A DNA stretch of 63,870 nucleotides, counting the filler, from Octopus bimaculoides (lineage: Eukaryota): NCBI RefSeq assembly GCF_001194135.2. It is 8 parts of 6 records of this genome, joined end to end, with 100 filler letters (N's around TTAATTAATTAA, not from the genome) between each part and the next. Parts side by side here need not be neighbours in the genome. Positions count along the whole stretch, not along the records: positions 1 to 26,708 come from NC_068985.1; 7 more parts are not named here. One strand, given 5' to 3'. The position numbers and the translations under genes are program-made. The notes under the pieces were generated by a model, which saw only the letters and a list, made by a program, of their open reading frames with translations, searched no databases and was not told where the DNA came from. This document shows positions 1 through 9,653 of the stretch, piece after piece. Position 1 is the stretch's first letter. The number at the start of each line of letters is the position of its first letter.

Positions 1-1032
1 CGCTTGAAAACCCGTGCTAAAATTGCTGCCTTAGATATTATGACTGAAAAATGGCATGGAAAACCTCTCAATGGCAAATACCCAAAGAGAGCGAATAATG
101 CAGATATTGACAAAGCCCTTACCCATCAATGGCTAATGTCCTCTGGCTGGAAATCAGAAACAGAGGGGTTTATCATAGCAGCTCAAGATCGATGCCTACC
201 TACAAAGAACTACCAGGCCAACATATTAAAGAACGGCAGCTCTCCATTATGTCGTATATGCCAACAACAAAATGAGACCATCGATCATGTTGTCTCCATG
301 TGCAGTCTGCTTGCGCCTACAGAGTATCTCAACAGGCATGATAAAGCTGCACAATATATTCACTGGGTAATATGCAAAAACCTGGACTTGCCCCANNNNN
401 NNNNNNNNNNNNNNNNNNNNNNNNNNNNNNNNNNNNNNNNNNNNNNNNNNNNNNNNNNNNNNNNNNNNNNNNNNNNNNNNNNNNNNNNNNNNNNNNNNNN
501 NNNNNNNNNNNNNNNNNNNNNNNNNNNNNNNNNNNNNNNNNNNNNNNNNNNNNNNNNNNNNNNNNNNNNNNNNNNNNNNNNNNNNNNNNNNNNNNNNNNN
601 NNNNNNNNNNNNNNNNNNNNNNNNNNNNNNNNNNNNNNNNNNNNNNNNNNNNNNNNNNNNNNNNNNNNNNNNNNNNNNNNNNNNNNNNNNNNNNNNNNNN
701 NNNNNNNNNNNNNNNNNNNNNNNNNNNNNNNNNNNNNNNNNNNNNNNNNNNNNNNNNNNNNNNNNNNNNNNNNNNNNNNNNNNNNNNNNNNNNNNNNNNN
801 NNNNNNNNNNNNNNNNNNNNNNNNNNNNNNGTCTATGTGATCTCAAATTTTAAAGCAAACACATAATTTTCTTATGGTTTCTTAAACATTCACTTGAACA
901 AAACTGTACAAATCCAAATATATGGTACCCTAGGCATAACACCTACATGAACTTCTAACTTGTTGTCCCTTGAGGTCTCTGGGTGAGACTTGGATCCAAC
1001 TTGTACAAATGCAAAACAAATGTCAAACATAA
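1..1032 (+). mobile_element. 3' part of an R4/Dong-like non-LTR retrotransposon (restriction-like endonuclease type), interrupted by an assembly gap at 396-830
   Basis: Translation 4-395 gives KSETEGFIIAAQD, a CX2CX8HX4C knuckle (CRICQQQNETIDHVVSMC, nt 250-303) and the RHD motif (334-342), typical of RLE-clade elements. The frame ends SM* at 840 and a ~190-nt 3' UTR runs straight into (AAT)n. Confidence 0.8.
4..840 (+). CDS. Partial C-terminal ORF of the R4/Dong-like element (post-RT region, CCHC knuckle; endonuclease core presumably in the gap)
   Basis: Open frame 4-395 with the motifs above; stop TGA at 838-840 after the gap. Frame continuity across the Ns cannot be verified. Confidence 0.7.
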   Translation: MKTRAKIAALDIMTEKWHGKPLNGKYPKRANNADIDKALTHQWLMSSGWKSETEGFIIAAQDRCLPTKNYQANILKNGSSPLCRICQQQNETIDHVVSMCSLLAPTEYLNRHDKAAQYIHWVICKNLDLPXXXXXXXXXXXXXXXXXXXXXXXXXXXXXXXXXXXXXXXXXXXXXXXXXXXXXXXXXXXXXXXXXXXXXXXXXXXXXXXXXXXXXXXXXXXXXXXXXXXXXXXXXXXXXXXXXXXXXXXXXXXXXXXXXXXXXXXXXXXXXXXXXXSM

Positions 1033-1137
<105 letters not shown>

Positions 1138-3191
1138 TCGTAAATGTCAGGACGAATGCGTCAGATTTCCCTGATACATCTTGTTACCTTTTTACATTAT
1201 ACTTTTCTATTTATCAACAGAAGAAATTGTCACGCAACGCTTGGTGATAATATGCCTAACTGTGACTGTGATATGACTGTAAACTACACTTTATCTATAT
1301 ATATAAGTCTCGGTTTCTCATCTCTATACCATATTTGCTTGTTTTGACTTCAATGCTTTGTTTGATTTGGGTTTGTTTCTCCCCCACTTCCTCTCTATTC
1401 TCATTATTTTCTCTATTGTCATTGTAATCACACGTCGTCTACCGTGGCCGAAACAAATACGTTTAGAAGACAATCAAATAGATGTAGCCAGATTACAAAG
1501 TATTCTTTGTAACTTGCCAAAGAAGATATGTCAATGGTACGGATGCGTTTTTTCCCATGCTGAATACAATATTAATTATTCACGGATTATATTACGTTTT
1601 CTGTTGATATATTTCTTGAAGAGATAATGCAAATAACAAAAGATTAAAAAAAAACTGAACGAAAGAAGACGCAATAAATGGAAACCTAACACAAAATAAA
1701 GTAAGTAGAATAGCAAAGAAAAAAAGTATCAATAAACTGTCTGTCTGATAGTCAGTGCAGTTTAGTGTCTTAAAGTGATCCAGAACCAGTATTTATTTAA
1801 TATCAACCAGTTATGTTCAAAGCGTGCAAATAGAAATCAATCTATTCAACACGAAAGCAATTAGCTTTAACTTAATTCCACTAGATTCTGAGAATAATTT
1901 GTGGCCAATATAGTAATGTTAAATTGTTCCATATGCTTTTGGCACGTCGTTCTTGAAATATTGTCTAATCTAGAAGATTAAATCTCTTCGCTTAAATATT
2001 TAATTGAGTAAATCTTGTTAGGTCTTAGTTACAGTTTGTATCATAAGGAAATATTTACAATACTCTCAAATATACCAAAGCGTAGATATTATATTTGATT
2101 GTGTAGCGGACAAGCGCACTCCACATTGTATCGTAATGTCCTTCCTAAACTACGCACGTATTGTCCAAACAGGAGTAGGTGGAATGAGGGATGCATCTTT
2201 GCAAAAGCAAAGGTGTAGATCAATTGGAATTTTTCTTATAGCACATAAAGCATCTTTTAAAAATATGCTTAGTAATAAGCATTATCATTACCAACTTAAA
2301 ATAAATGCGGAATTACGAAGGAAAGTTGTGGTACCGAACAGAACAAAATATATGCATAGCACCACCTTTGAACCTTCATATCAAATTGCATAATTTTAGT
2401 TTCCACATTTACTAGTTTGATATTCTAGGTCGAGTCAGTAGCCTATACTTTTTCATATATTCCTGGACATGAAGCGATTATCAAATTAGTGAGTTATTAA
2501 GATTAGTATACGCTTGTGTAATGTTTTTTCAATAGATAAGATTCATGTCACTAAAATCCTTCATCATTGTTTCGATCTCAGATTGCTTACTTGTATAGCA
2601 CTAATGAATTATATAATTTTTTTCGCTTATGAATTTCGTCCCTGGTGTGGGTTTTTTTTTTCTGTAAAATTTCAGCAAGAAGTTTTGAGATCTGTAAGGA
2701 CGTTGTGGCTTTGTGGTAATTGCGATTGCAGTAGATAATACATTGTGTAGTCACATGAAGTGGGCTTGCTGGCAGTCAGACAAATGAATCTCGCAAATAC
2801 ATCTCTTAGTTTTTGTGGGGTTTTTTTCTCAATAATATATTATTGAATATATTTTCAAAATATGAAGAATACTTAATTTGATTGTAAGCACTGAAGGTGA
2901 ATTGGCGATAAAATGACATAGAAAGATTTAAAAACGAAACATGGTAAAAGTCTCAAAATCCGTTCACCTATGGTCACGCCTTGGAACAAAAGGCTGTATC
3001 TTCGAGCTTGAGATAGGTTATAAGCAAAACTGTCTGGTACTATTTAAAACGAGATCACTAGGAAAGATGAAAAGTATGATGAAAGCCTTTACGTTGAAGG
3101 CATTCCAGTTTATATTGAGATATAAAATCTGTCTAAGAATTAAAATATTTTATGTATTCTTAAGGGTTTCAAAATCGTGTCTGATAGAGAC

Positions 3192-3370
3192 ACAATGCTT
3201 AGCAGCATTTCCTCCATCATTACGTTCTGTGTTCAAGTGCCACCGGGGTCGCGTTTACCTTTCGTACTTTTGGGGTCGTAAAATAAGTATCAGTTGAGCA
3301 CTGGGGTCGATGCAATCGACTCAGTTCCACCCACAAAATTGTTGGCCTGGTGCCAAAATTTGAAACCAAT
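3192..3370 (+). mobile_element. tRNA-derived SINE, type A (short tail), diverged
   Basis: B-box-like GTTCAAG, central GGGGTCG..AATAAGTA.CAGTT..CACTGGGGTCGAT domain and tail GGCCTGGTGCCAAAATTTGAAAC shared with other copies in the window. Confidence 0.8.
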
Positions 3371-3400
3371 ATTTTATCTTTTTTAATGTAATAATCCTTT

Positions 3401-3600
3401 CTACTGAAGGAAGAAGGTCTGGAATTTGGTGGGAAGGGACTAGTCGAGTGCATCGACCCTAGTCTTTCACTAGTGCATAATGTGTTGAACCCCGAAAGAA
3501 CTAAAAATAAAGTCGACCTCGACTGAATTTGAAATCAGAATGGGAAGACGGACGAAATACTGCTGAGCATTTTTCCCGGCGTGCGACCGATTCCACCAGC
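3401..3600 (-). mobile_element. SINE type A, diverged
   Basis: Reverse complement of the type A head and core (AAAGTCGACCTCG..GAATTTGAA.TCAGAA). Confidence 0.75.
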
Positions 3601-3635
3601 CATGTGTATTTTTAAAGTAATAATCGTATCTATTA

Positions 3636-3775
3636 CATGCCGAAGGCTTGAAATTTGGTGTGAGGGAGTTAGTCGATTACATCGACCCCAGTGTGTCATT
3701 GGTACTCAATTTATCTACCCCGAAAGGATGAAAGGCAAAGTCAACCTCGGGGCGATTTGAACTCAGAAGGTAGCG
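3636..3775 (-). mobile_element. SINE type A, 5'-truncated
   Basis: CCCCGAAAGGATGAAAGGCAAAGTCAACCTCGG..GATTTGAACTCAGAA matches the type A core in reverse complement. Confidence 0.8.
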
Positions 3776-3849
3776 CCATGTTTTTAAAGTAATAATACAA
3801 TGCAGTTTAAAGGAGTTTTGCCAGCTATTTATAGAAAGTTGGAGGTCCT

Positions 3850-4450
3850 TACAGAAGCCCGCCTATTTCTGAAGTACACTTCCAGTTCTGATTGGAAGAG
3901 ATATAATCGATCGGTAAATGGATTAAATGATCTGTACCTCGAACCTAATGCTGAAATCTAATACAGCTTTGAACTTAGATAATTGATTGCCAAACTTTTT
4001 CATTCCTTTTAGCGATATATAACTTTTCAAGAAAATCAAAACTTGGCATTTTAACAAAAACAAAGATGCTCAGTCAATCCTTCAGCATTTATGAATTAAC
4101 ATATTTGAATGAAATTAAATTCAACTGGATGAGTACAAAAAAATACATGAAACTGAGGAGATATTAAAAGGAAAAAACTCATTATACAAAAATACAGAAA
4201 ATAATCGTAAAATTAAAACTAGAAATTAAATCTCAAAATTTCAAAGATCAAATAATATTTCATAGAAGAGACACTTCATATTACCAGGGGCTATCATTTT
4301 ACGTCAAAGACAATATAAACTGATGGTAAATTAAATATAGAAGAGATTATCATGATACCGAAATTATAAATTTTTGATCATTTACGTGATTAATATTTAG
4401 AGAAGATATTACTGAAGCGTTTTGTAAACTTTATTGAAATGGCGTCTGAA
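3850..4450 (+). pseudogene. Possible highly decayed Penelope-like RT fragment
   Basis: Stop-riddled translation GGPYRSPPISEVHFQF*LEEI..KWIK loosely resembles the PLE GxxMGSP..E..Q..E..W.RYVDD region. By-eye resemblance only. Confidence 0.25.
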
Positions 4451-4547
4451 CATATTTTAGTTTTAAAAAATTAAATATCGTATAAAAACACTGCAGTGGA
4501 TTTACAATTCTAAGGATAATAGGCCAAAGGTTAACTGAAATGCATAG

Positions 4548-4603
<56 letters not shown>

Positions 4604-4706
4604 GTATATATATAGGGCAGGGAATTGCTAATTAATTAACAATTTTGCCAAGTAGTTCAGTATACAAAAAACCTTTATCGGTAAAACATTTATAATTATA
4701 AACATA

Positions 4707-4986
4707 TAGGGATCAGCAAGAGTTGCTTCACCAACATACTGAAAATTTAGAAATAGCAGTTAAAAACAACTAATTCTAACTAGAATTTAGTCTGCAGCGG
4801 ATTGCGATATTCATAGCTCACATAGAACAACGGCAGGTTTGTTTTCGTTTATTTTTCCTCTGTTGTTCTATGTGAACTATGAATATCGCAATCCGCTGCA
4901 GACTAAATTCTAGTTAGAATTAGTAGTTTTTGACTGCTATTTCTAAAATTTCAATATGTTGGTGAGGTAACTCCTGCTGATCCCTA
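4707..4986. repeat. Long inverted repeat (hairpin): 125-bp arms, ~30-nt loop
   Basis: Arms 4707-4831 and 4862-4986 are reverse complements with 8 mismatches, including a perfect 48-bp inner stretch. Confidence 0.97.
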
Positions 4987-5001
4987 GGAAGCATTTAAGT
5001 C

Positions 5002-5860
5002 GGAAGATGCATCAGCAAGGAAAATCCATGCTGCTACATGTGGTGGTATTTCTCAACAGCGCCGAACAATTATTTCCCTCCTGAGAACTATTTACTTCCA
5101 TTATTTTGACTGTCAGGACAAAAACTGACTCCCCACACGTCTGTTGTAAACCCTGCTGCAATGGATTAACTGCATGGTTTAACAAGAAACCAGTCTTCAA
5201 AAATGCAGCCCTGTTCGTCGGGAGAGCCACGAAGCCATGCAGATGATTGTTATTTTTGTCTAACAAATGTAACAGTTTTCAATGCTTCTTCTAGAAAAGA
5301 AAATATCCCAACCTTCCATCAGCTATGAGACCTGTTCCCCTCTCAGATGATCTCCCTGTCCCTACACCCCCAGCAAATAAGGATCTTCTTCCTTCATCTG
5401 ATGAAGAAATGCCTTCAGAGGAAGATTACGCCAAGTCGATCTTTCCTGAAGACAATGTCTCTGTTTATTCAGGAGCAAGTGGCAATGAGCCCCACTGGAT
5501 CATGCAGGAGGACCTAAAGGAAATGAGAGCATAGGAAGCATTTAAGTCCGTCTGTCATGACTTCCTTGATAACACACGGGTACTAGATTACCAAGAGTAT
5601 ATCGAGAAGTTGTTACAGTCTTATGATGGTATGGGATACCGAATGCCATTCAAACTTCACTTTCTCTACTCCCACCTCAACTTCTTCCCTCCGAAACACG
5701 GGGCAGTGAGTGATGAACATAGAGAAAGGTTCCACCAAGATATTACTAAGATGGAGAGCAACTGCCAAGACAAGTGGAACCCCAGCATGATGGGTGACTT
5801 TTACTGGGTGTTTTTGAGTGACATCCTGGAGTCAAAGTACACAAGACCATCCAAAAAACA
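5002..5860 (+). pseudogene. Chapaev (CMC superfamily, Chapaev3-like) transposase relic with a large internal deletion
   Basis: Frameshifted N-terminal pieces RCISKENPCCY, PHVCCKPCCNGLTAWFNKK, EPRSHADDCYFCLTNVT and YPNLPSAMRPVPLSDDLPVPTPP join directly to C-terminal A*EAFKSVCHDFL..KLHFLYSHLNFFPPKHGAVSDEHRERFHQDITKME..WNPSMMGDFYW. Family assigned from recalled consensus motifs. Confidence 0.8.
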
Positions 5861-6057
5861 CACTTCTGTCTGCTGTACTATTCTTTGTATTGTATTATCC
5901 AAGTAGTTTAGTTCTATCAAGGTTCTGTATCTATGCTGTTTCTTTGTTTTGTTTTGTTTTTTGTAATATGCCTTTGTAACAGATGAAATAAACACATTAT
6001 TATTTAAATTATTTACATTGGACGAATATTATGTATCCTCATCTTGTCTGTTGTTAC

Positions 6058-6099
6058 CACAACGTTTCGGCTTATTTACTCTCCAGCCGTCATCAGGTG
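6058..6099 (-). ncRNA. Minimal type I hammerhead ribozyme motif (PLE dimer type)
   Basis: Minus strand CAC-CTGATGA-C-GGCT(loop)AGCC-GAA-ACGT-T-GTG: 3-bp stem I, 4-bp stem II, palindromic ACGT stem III, GUU triplet. One extra nucleotide follows the CUGAUGA core. Confidence 0.55.
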
Positions 6100-6236
6100 T
6101 CCTGGTAGAATTTTGAAACCAACCCTGGGTTCTTATTCCTAAGGGGTTTGTTGCTGATGTTATTAATATTATTTATTCAAGGCACTGCCTGAAATTGAAC
6201 TCGGAACCACGGGTTGGGTTCAAAATTCTACCTGGA

Positions 6237-6278
6237 CTCCTGATGAAGGCTGGGGAATAAATCGGCCGAAACGTTGTG
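6237..6278 (+). ncRNA. Minimal hammerhead ribozyme motif, stem I damaged
   Basis: CTC-CTGATGA-A-GGCTG(loop)CGGCC-GAA-ACGT-T-GTG; T:T mismatch in stem I. Confidence 0.45.
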
Positions 6279-7456
6279 GTAACAACAAACAAGATGAGAA
6301 CACATATCCGTCCAATGTAAATAGTGTAAATAATATACAGAATTCCTCATCTCTAAAATATAGAACTGAAAAACATATATTTTGAATTTATATACAGTAT
6401 AATTAAAATGGGATATGTGAAAGCAAAAAATCTAGAGGTGATAGAGCAAAACTCTTCAGAAAATTTAATTCGCCACCTCAGAATTAGTAAAAAAAAAAAA
6501 CCCTGTTCATATCCTTGCCTCAGAGCAAACAGAAAACGTTTTGTAAACCAATGTAATTTATTGTGAAGACAAAAGGACAAAAACGTCAAGAACGTTGAGA
6601 GTGTTTTACACAATAGGTAGGATATTGCAAGACACTGAATAAAAAAACAAATAGCTGAGGTCGTTGATCTTTTATAAAACAATTAGCGTTTCGACATTAT
6701 TTTATTGATGTCGCTTAACTATTTGTCTTCGCCTGTCTGTTTCAGTTCTCTATGGTGTTGTTAGTAACAGTGGAGGTTATTAAGAAGAAGGTGATGCATC
6801 TGACGCAAACAACTCATGGATAAGGTGAAGTAGAAAATGCCCATTGTCTTGTCTAACTATTCATTATTTGCGTCAGAAACCAGACAATATTCATATTAAC
6901 AATACAATACGGGTGACTTTGAAAGAATTCCAATTTGTCAGAGATATCCAGACTCAACAACGCTGAAAAAAGAGATCTTGTGTTTGAAGTGTAGAGCTGT
7001 TTCTAAGATACAAGTCTAATCAATTCTGTATAAGGCCTCCTGATAAAGCGAATTCCATATAAGCTTGACATGTAAAGACGCCAATAATTTTAAACTACTA
7101 ATATTGAAATATGTGTGTAGAAAATATTCAGAAGCAGATTGTGTATTTCCAATTCGGAACGCCTAGCAAAATTATTTTCTTAAATCCAAGTTTTCTTTAA
7201 AACAGCCAAACCGAAAAGATTTATATGAGGTTATAAGGAGGCTTCAAAAAGAAGATATGCTAACCACCTAACTTCTTTCCGGCATATGGACAAAATTAAG
7301 CTGCCTTCTACTTTAAACATACGATAAGCTCTGATCGCCCCGAAACCACAGAAGCTGCATGCACAAGATGCTGTTTAATTGAATCAAGTCAAATTCCACA
7401 TCGCTACTGAACATATATACATTTATATATATGTATATATATATATATATATAAAA

Positions 7457-7534
<78 letters not shown>

Positions 7535-8468
7535 TTAACATCTTTAACCTGTTTCAGTTTTAAAACTGAAAACCGAGAGGAGAGTGGAGATTTATTCACA
7601 TGCAAAGCTTCTTTATTAAAATGTTTTCTACAGCCTGTATAACAATGACCAGCATATGATTCTACTGCAGCAACTACACATTGTTCTGCATCCAGTTTTA
7701 CATCCTAGTCGCGGCAATTTCATCGAGGGTCCATCATTTGCAATGTTTTCGAAGTGACCTAATTCAAACAAGCTTCCTGCGTTGGTATTTAGTTGAATGT
7801 TATACTTTTACTTTATAAATCGAATTCAATTCACATTTTAGAATCACTTCTACTGGTTCTACAGTTGAGCCATAGTTTTAAAATGTTTATTTATATTACA
7901 ATTAATTGTAGCAGTTTTATTTACAATTTACTGTACGGAGTACATTATTTATGCAGAGGTATTTCACTTATTTTGTGTTTATGCTCTCAGTTAATATTAT
8001 TGCTATTATTACAATTATCATCTTATTAATTGGTATTATTTGCATGAATATCATTAATTATCACAGCATTATTCTAAAAAGTATAATTACTATAGATGGT
8101 AAGTTATGCTTATTTAAATCTTTTAAACGTATAACTTGTCCAGTGTGGATATCTCATAGCCTGTTCCTGTTTAGTGTTCATAAGAGTAAATTTAGAAGTG
8201 AAAATTTCGTACATTTCTTGCACACAAAACTCATATTTATTATTACCTATTCTGTAATGTTTACGTTTTGCCTTACTTATTGATTCCCAAGCAATAGAAA
8301 ATACCTTGTTTCTATCTTTTAGTGCCCAAATTAGCTTAATAATGCTGGTATTATACATTTTGTTCCTATTTCTAAACGACCTTCAATGATTGGTAATTCT
8401 CTGCTTAATATAACATGGGTCAGCTCCTATATAGAAGTGCGCCCTAATCTCTAAGGTGATTTTACATC

Positions 8469-8889
8469 TCTTTTACTCTTGTACTCTTTTAGTTGTTTCA
8501 GTCATTTGACTGCGGCCACGCTGGAGCACCGCCTTTAGTCGGGCAAATCGACCCCAGGACTTATTCTTTGTAAGCCTAGTACTTATTCTATCGTTCTCTT
8601 TTGCCGAACCGCGAAGTCACGATGACGTAAACACGCCAGCATCGGTTGGCAAGCGATGTTGGGGGGGGGGGGGAGTACAAACACAAACATATACGCACAC
8701 ACATATACATATATGTATATACATACGACGGGCTTCTTTCAGTTTCCGTCTACCAAATCCACTCACAAGACTTTGGTCGGCCCGAGGCTATAGTAGAAGA
8801 CACTTACCCAACGTGCCACGCAGTGGGACTGAACCCGGAACCATGTGGCTGGTAAGCAAGCTACTTACCACACAGCCACTCCTACGCCT
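8469..8889 (-). mobile_element. Composite tRNA-derived SINE (type B/C): tRNA head, CORE-like segment, internal TA/TG microsatellite, shared central domain, CCAGCATGGCCGCAG-type tail
   Basis: Head AGGCGTAGGAGTGGCTGTGTGGTAAG..GGTTCAGTCCC at 8889-8830 and CORE-like TTGGGTAAGTGTCTT. The 3' half (8469-8690) ends in CAGTCAAATGACTGAAACAA plus a purine-rich tail. Resembles the octopus OR2-type CORE-SINE (recalled, not searched). Confidence 0.85.
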
Positions 8890-9304
8890 ACATCTGTATA
8901 AGATATTCTTATACCTACAATTAGAGTTAAACAGATAGACCCTGTTTCTTGCACAATCGCATTTAATTGTTCTACTACTTCTATTAATAGTATCCGCTTC
9001 ATCTTCTCTGGATAAGATTTCTATATTCTCCTGTGTATCTTCAAAGCCATTACACTTTTGCACATACTGAGTACTATACATTTTAGGATTCACATCCTCT
9101 ACTTCCAAGCTAATGGTGGCGTTCCCTCAGGTCACTTCTGTTTTATTGGTTGTCACACCATAGTTCCAATCCTGATACCTAGTTGAGTTACTTATGGTTT
9201 CTTCGCTGATGTTGACAATCCTGATATTTATTGTTGTATAGTTTTGATTCTCGTTTCTATTATTGCTATTGTTCTTATGGTAACTGGTAAATTGACTAGC
9301 GTTG

Positions 9305-9335
<31 letters not shown>

Positions 9336-9336
9336 C

Positions 9337-9370
<34 letters not shown>

Positions 9371-9474
9371 TGTACGTACATGCATATATATGCATATGTA
9401 TATACAAATATATATATACATATATATAGGCATATATATATATCTATATATATATCTGTAAATAATTATTTGGT

Positions 9475-9547
9475 AGCCATGATAAAACGCCGAGTTTCGG
9501 ATGTTGGGGCGGAAACCCACGCCGCCATCTCTTCAGTTATCTGGCCA
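9475..9547 (-). ncRNA. Type I hammerhead ribozyme candidate with intact catalytic core
   Basis: Minus strand TGGCCA-GATAA-CTGAAGA-GATG.GCGG(CGTGGGTTT)CCGC.CCAA.CATCC-GAA-AC(TCGGC)GT-T-TTATC-A-TGGCTA. Stem I is 5 bp plus a bulge plus 6 bp, stem II is extended, stem III is 2 bp, and the triplet is GUU. Confidence 0.6.
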
Positions 9548-9653
9548 TCGAAAAAATGCTATGAAAATGACCGTTATTAAGACAAAAGAGCTATTAGAAT
9601 GACCGTTAAATGAGGGGAGGGAGCAAAGGTAACTGAGTAAAAATGTCCATAGT

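Larger units (their letters stand above)
6008..6333. mobile_element. Penelope-like inverted pseudo-LTR pair (non-autonomous, tail-to-tail)
   Basis: Arms ~6011-6132 and ~6204-6322 are reverse complements at roughly 85% identity; each contains a CTGATGA..GAAACGTT hammerhead-like core. Confidence 0.75.

Noticed and set aside
4985-5990. Chapaev terminal inverted repeats and TSD
   Set aside because: No CAC..GTG termini or duplication could be identified, so element boundaries are not called.
7620-7810. Minus-strand open frame with GCKTGCRTMCSCC
   Set aside because: No start codon or splice support; at most a decayed transposase Cys-rich tail and too weak to call.
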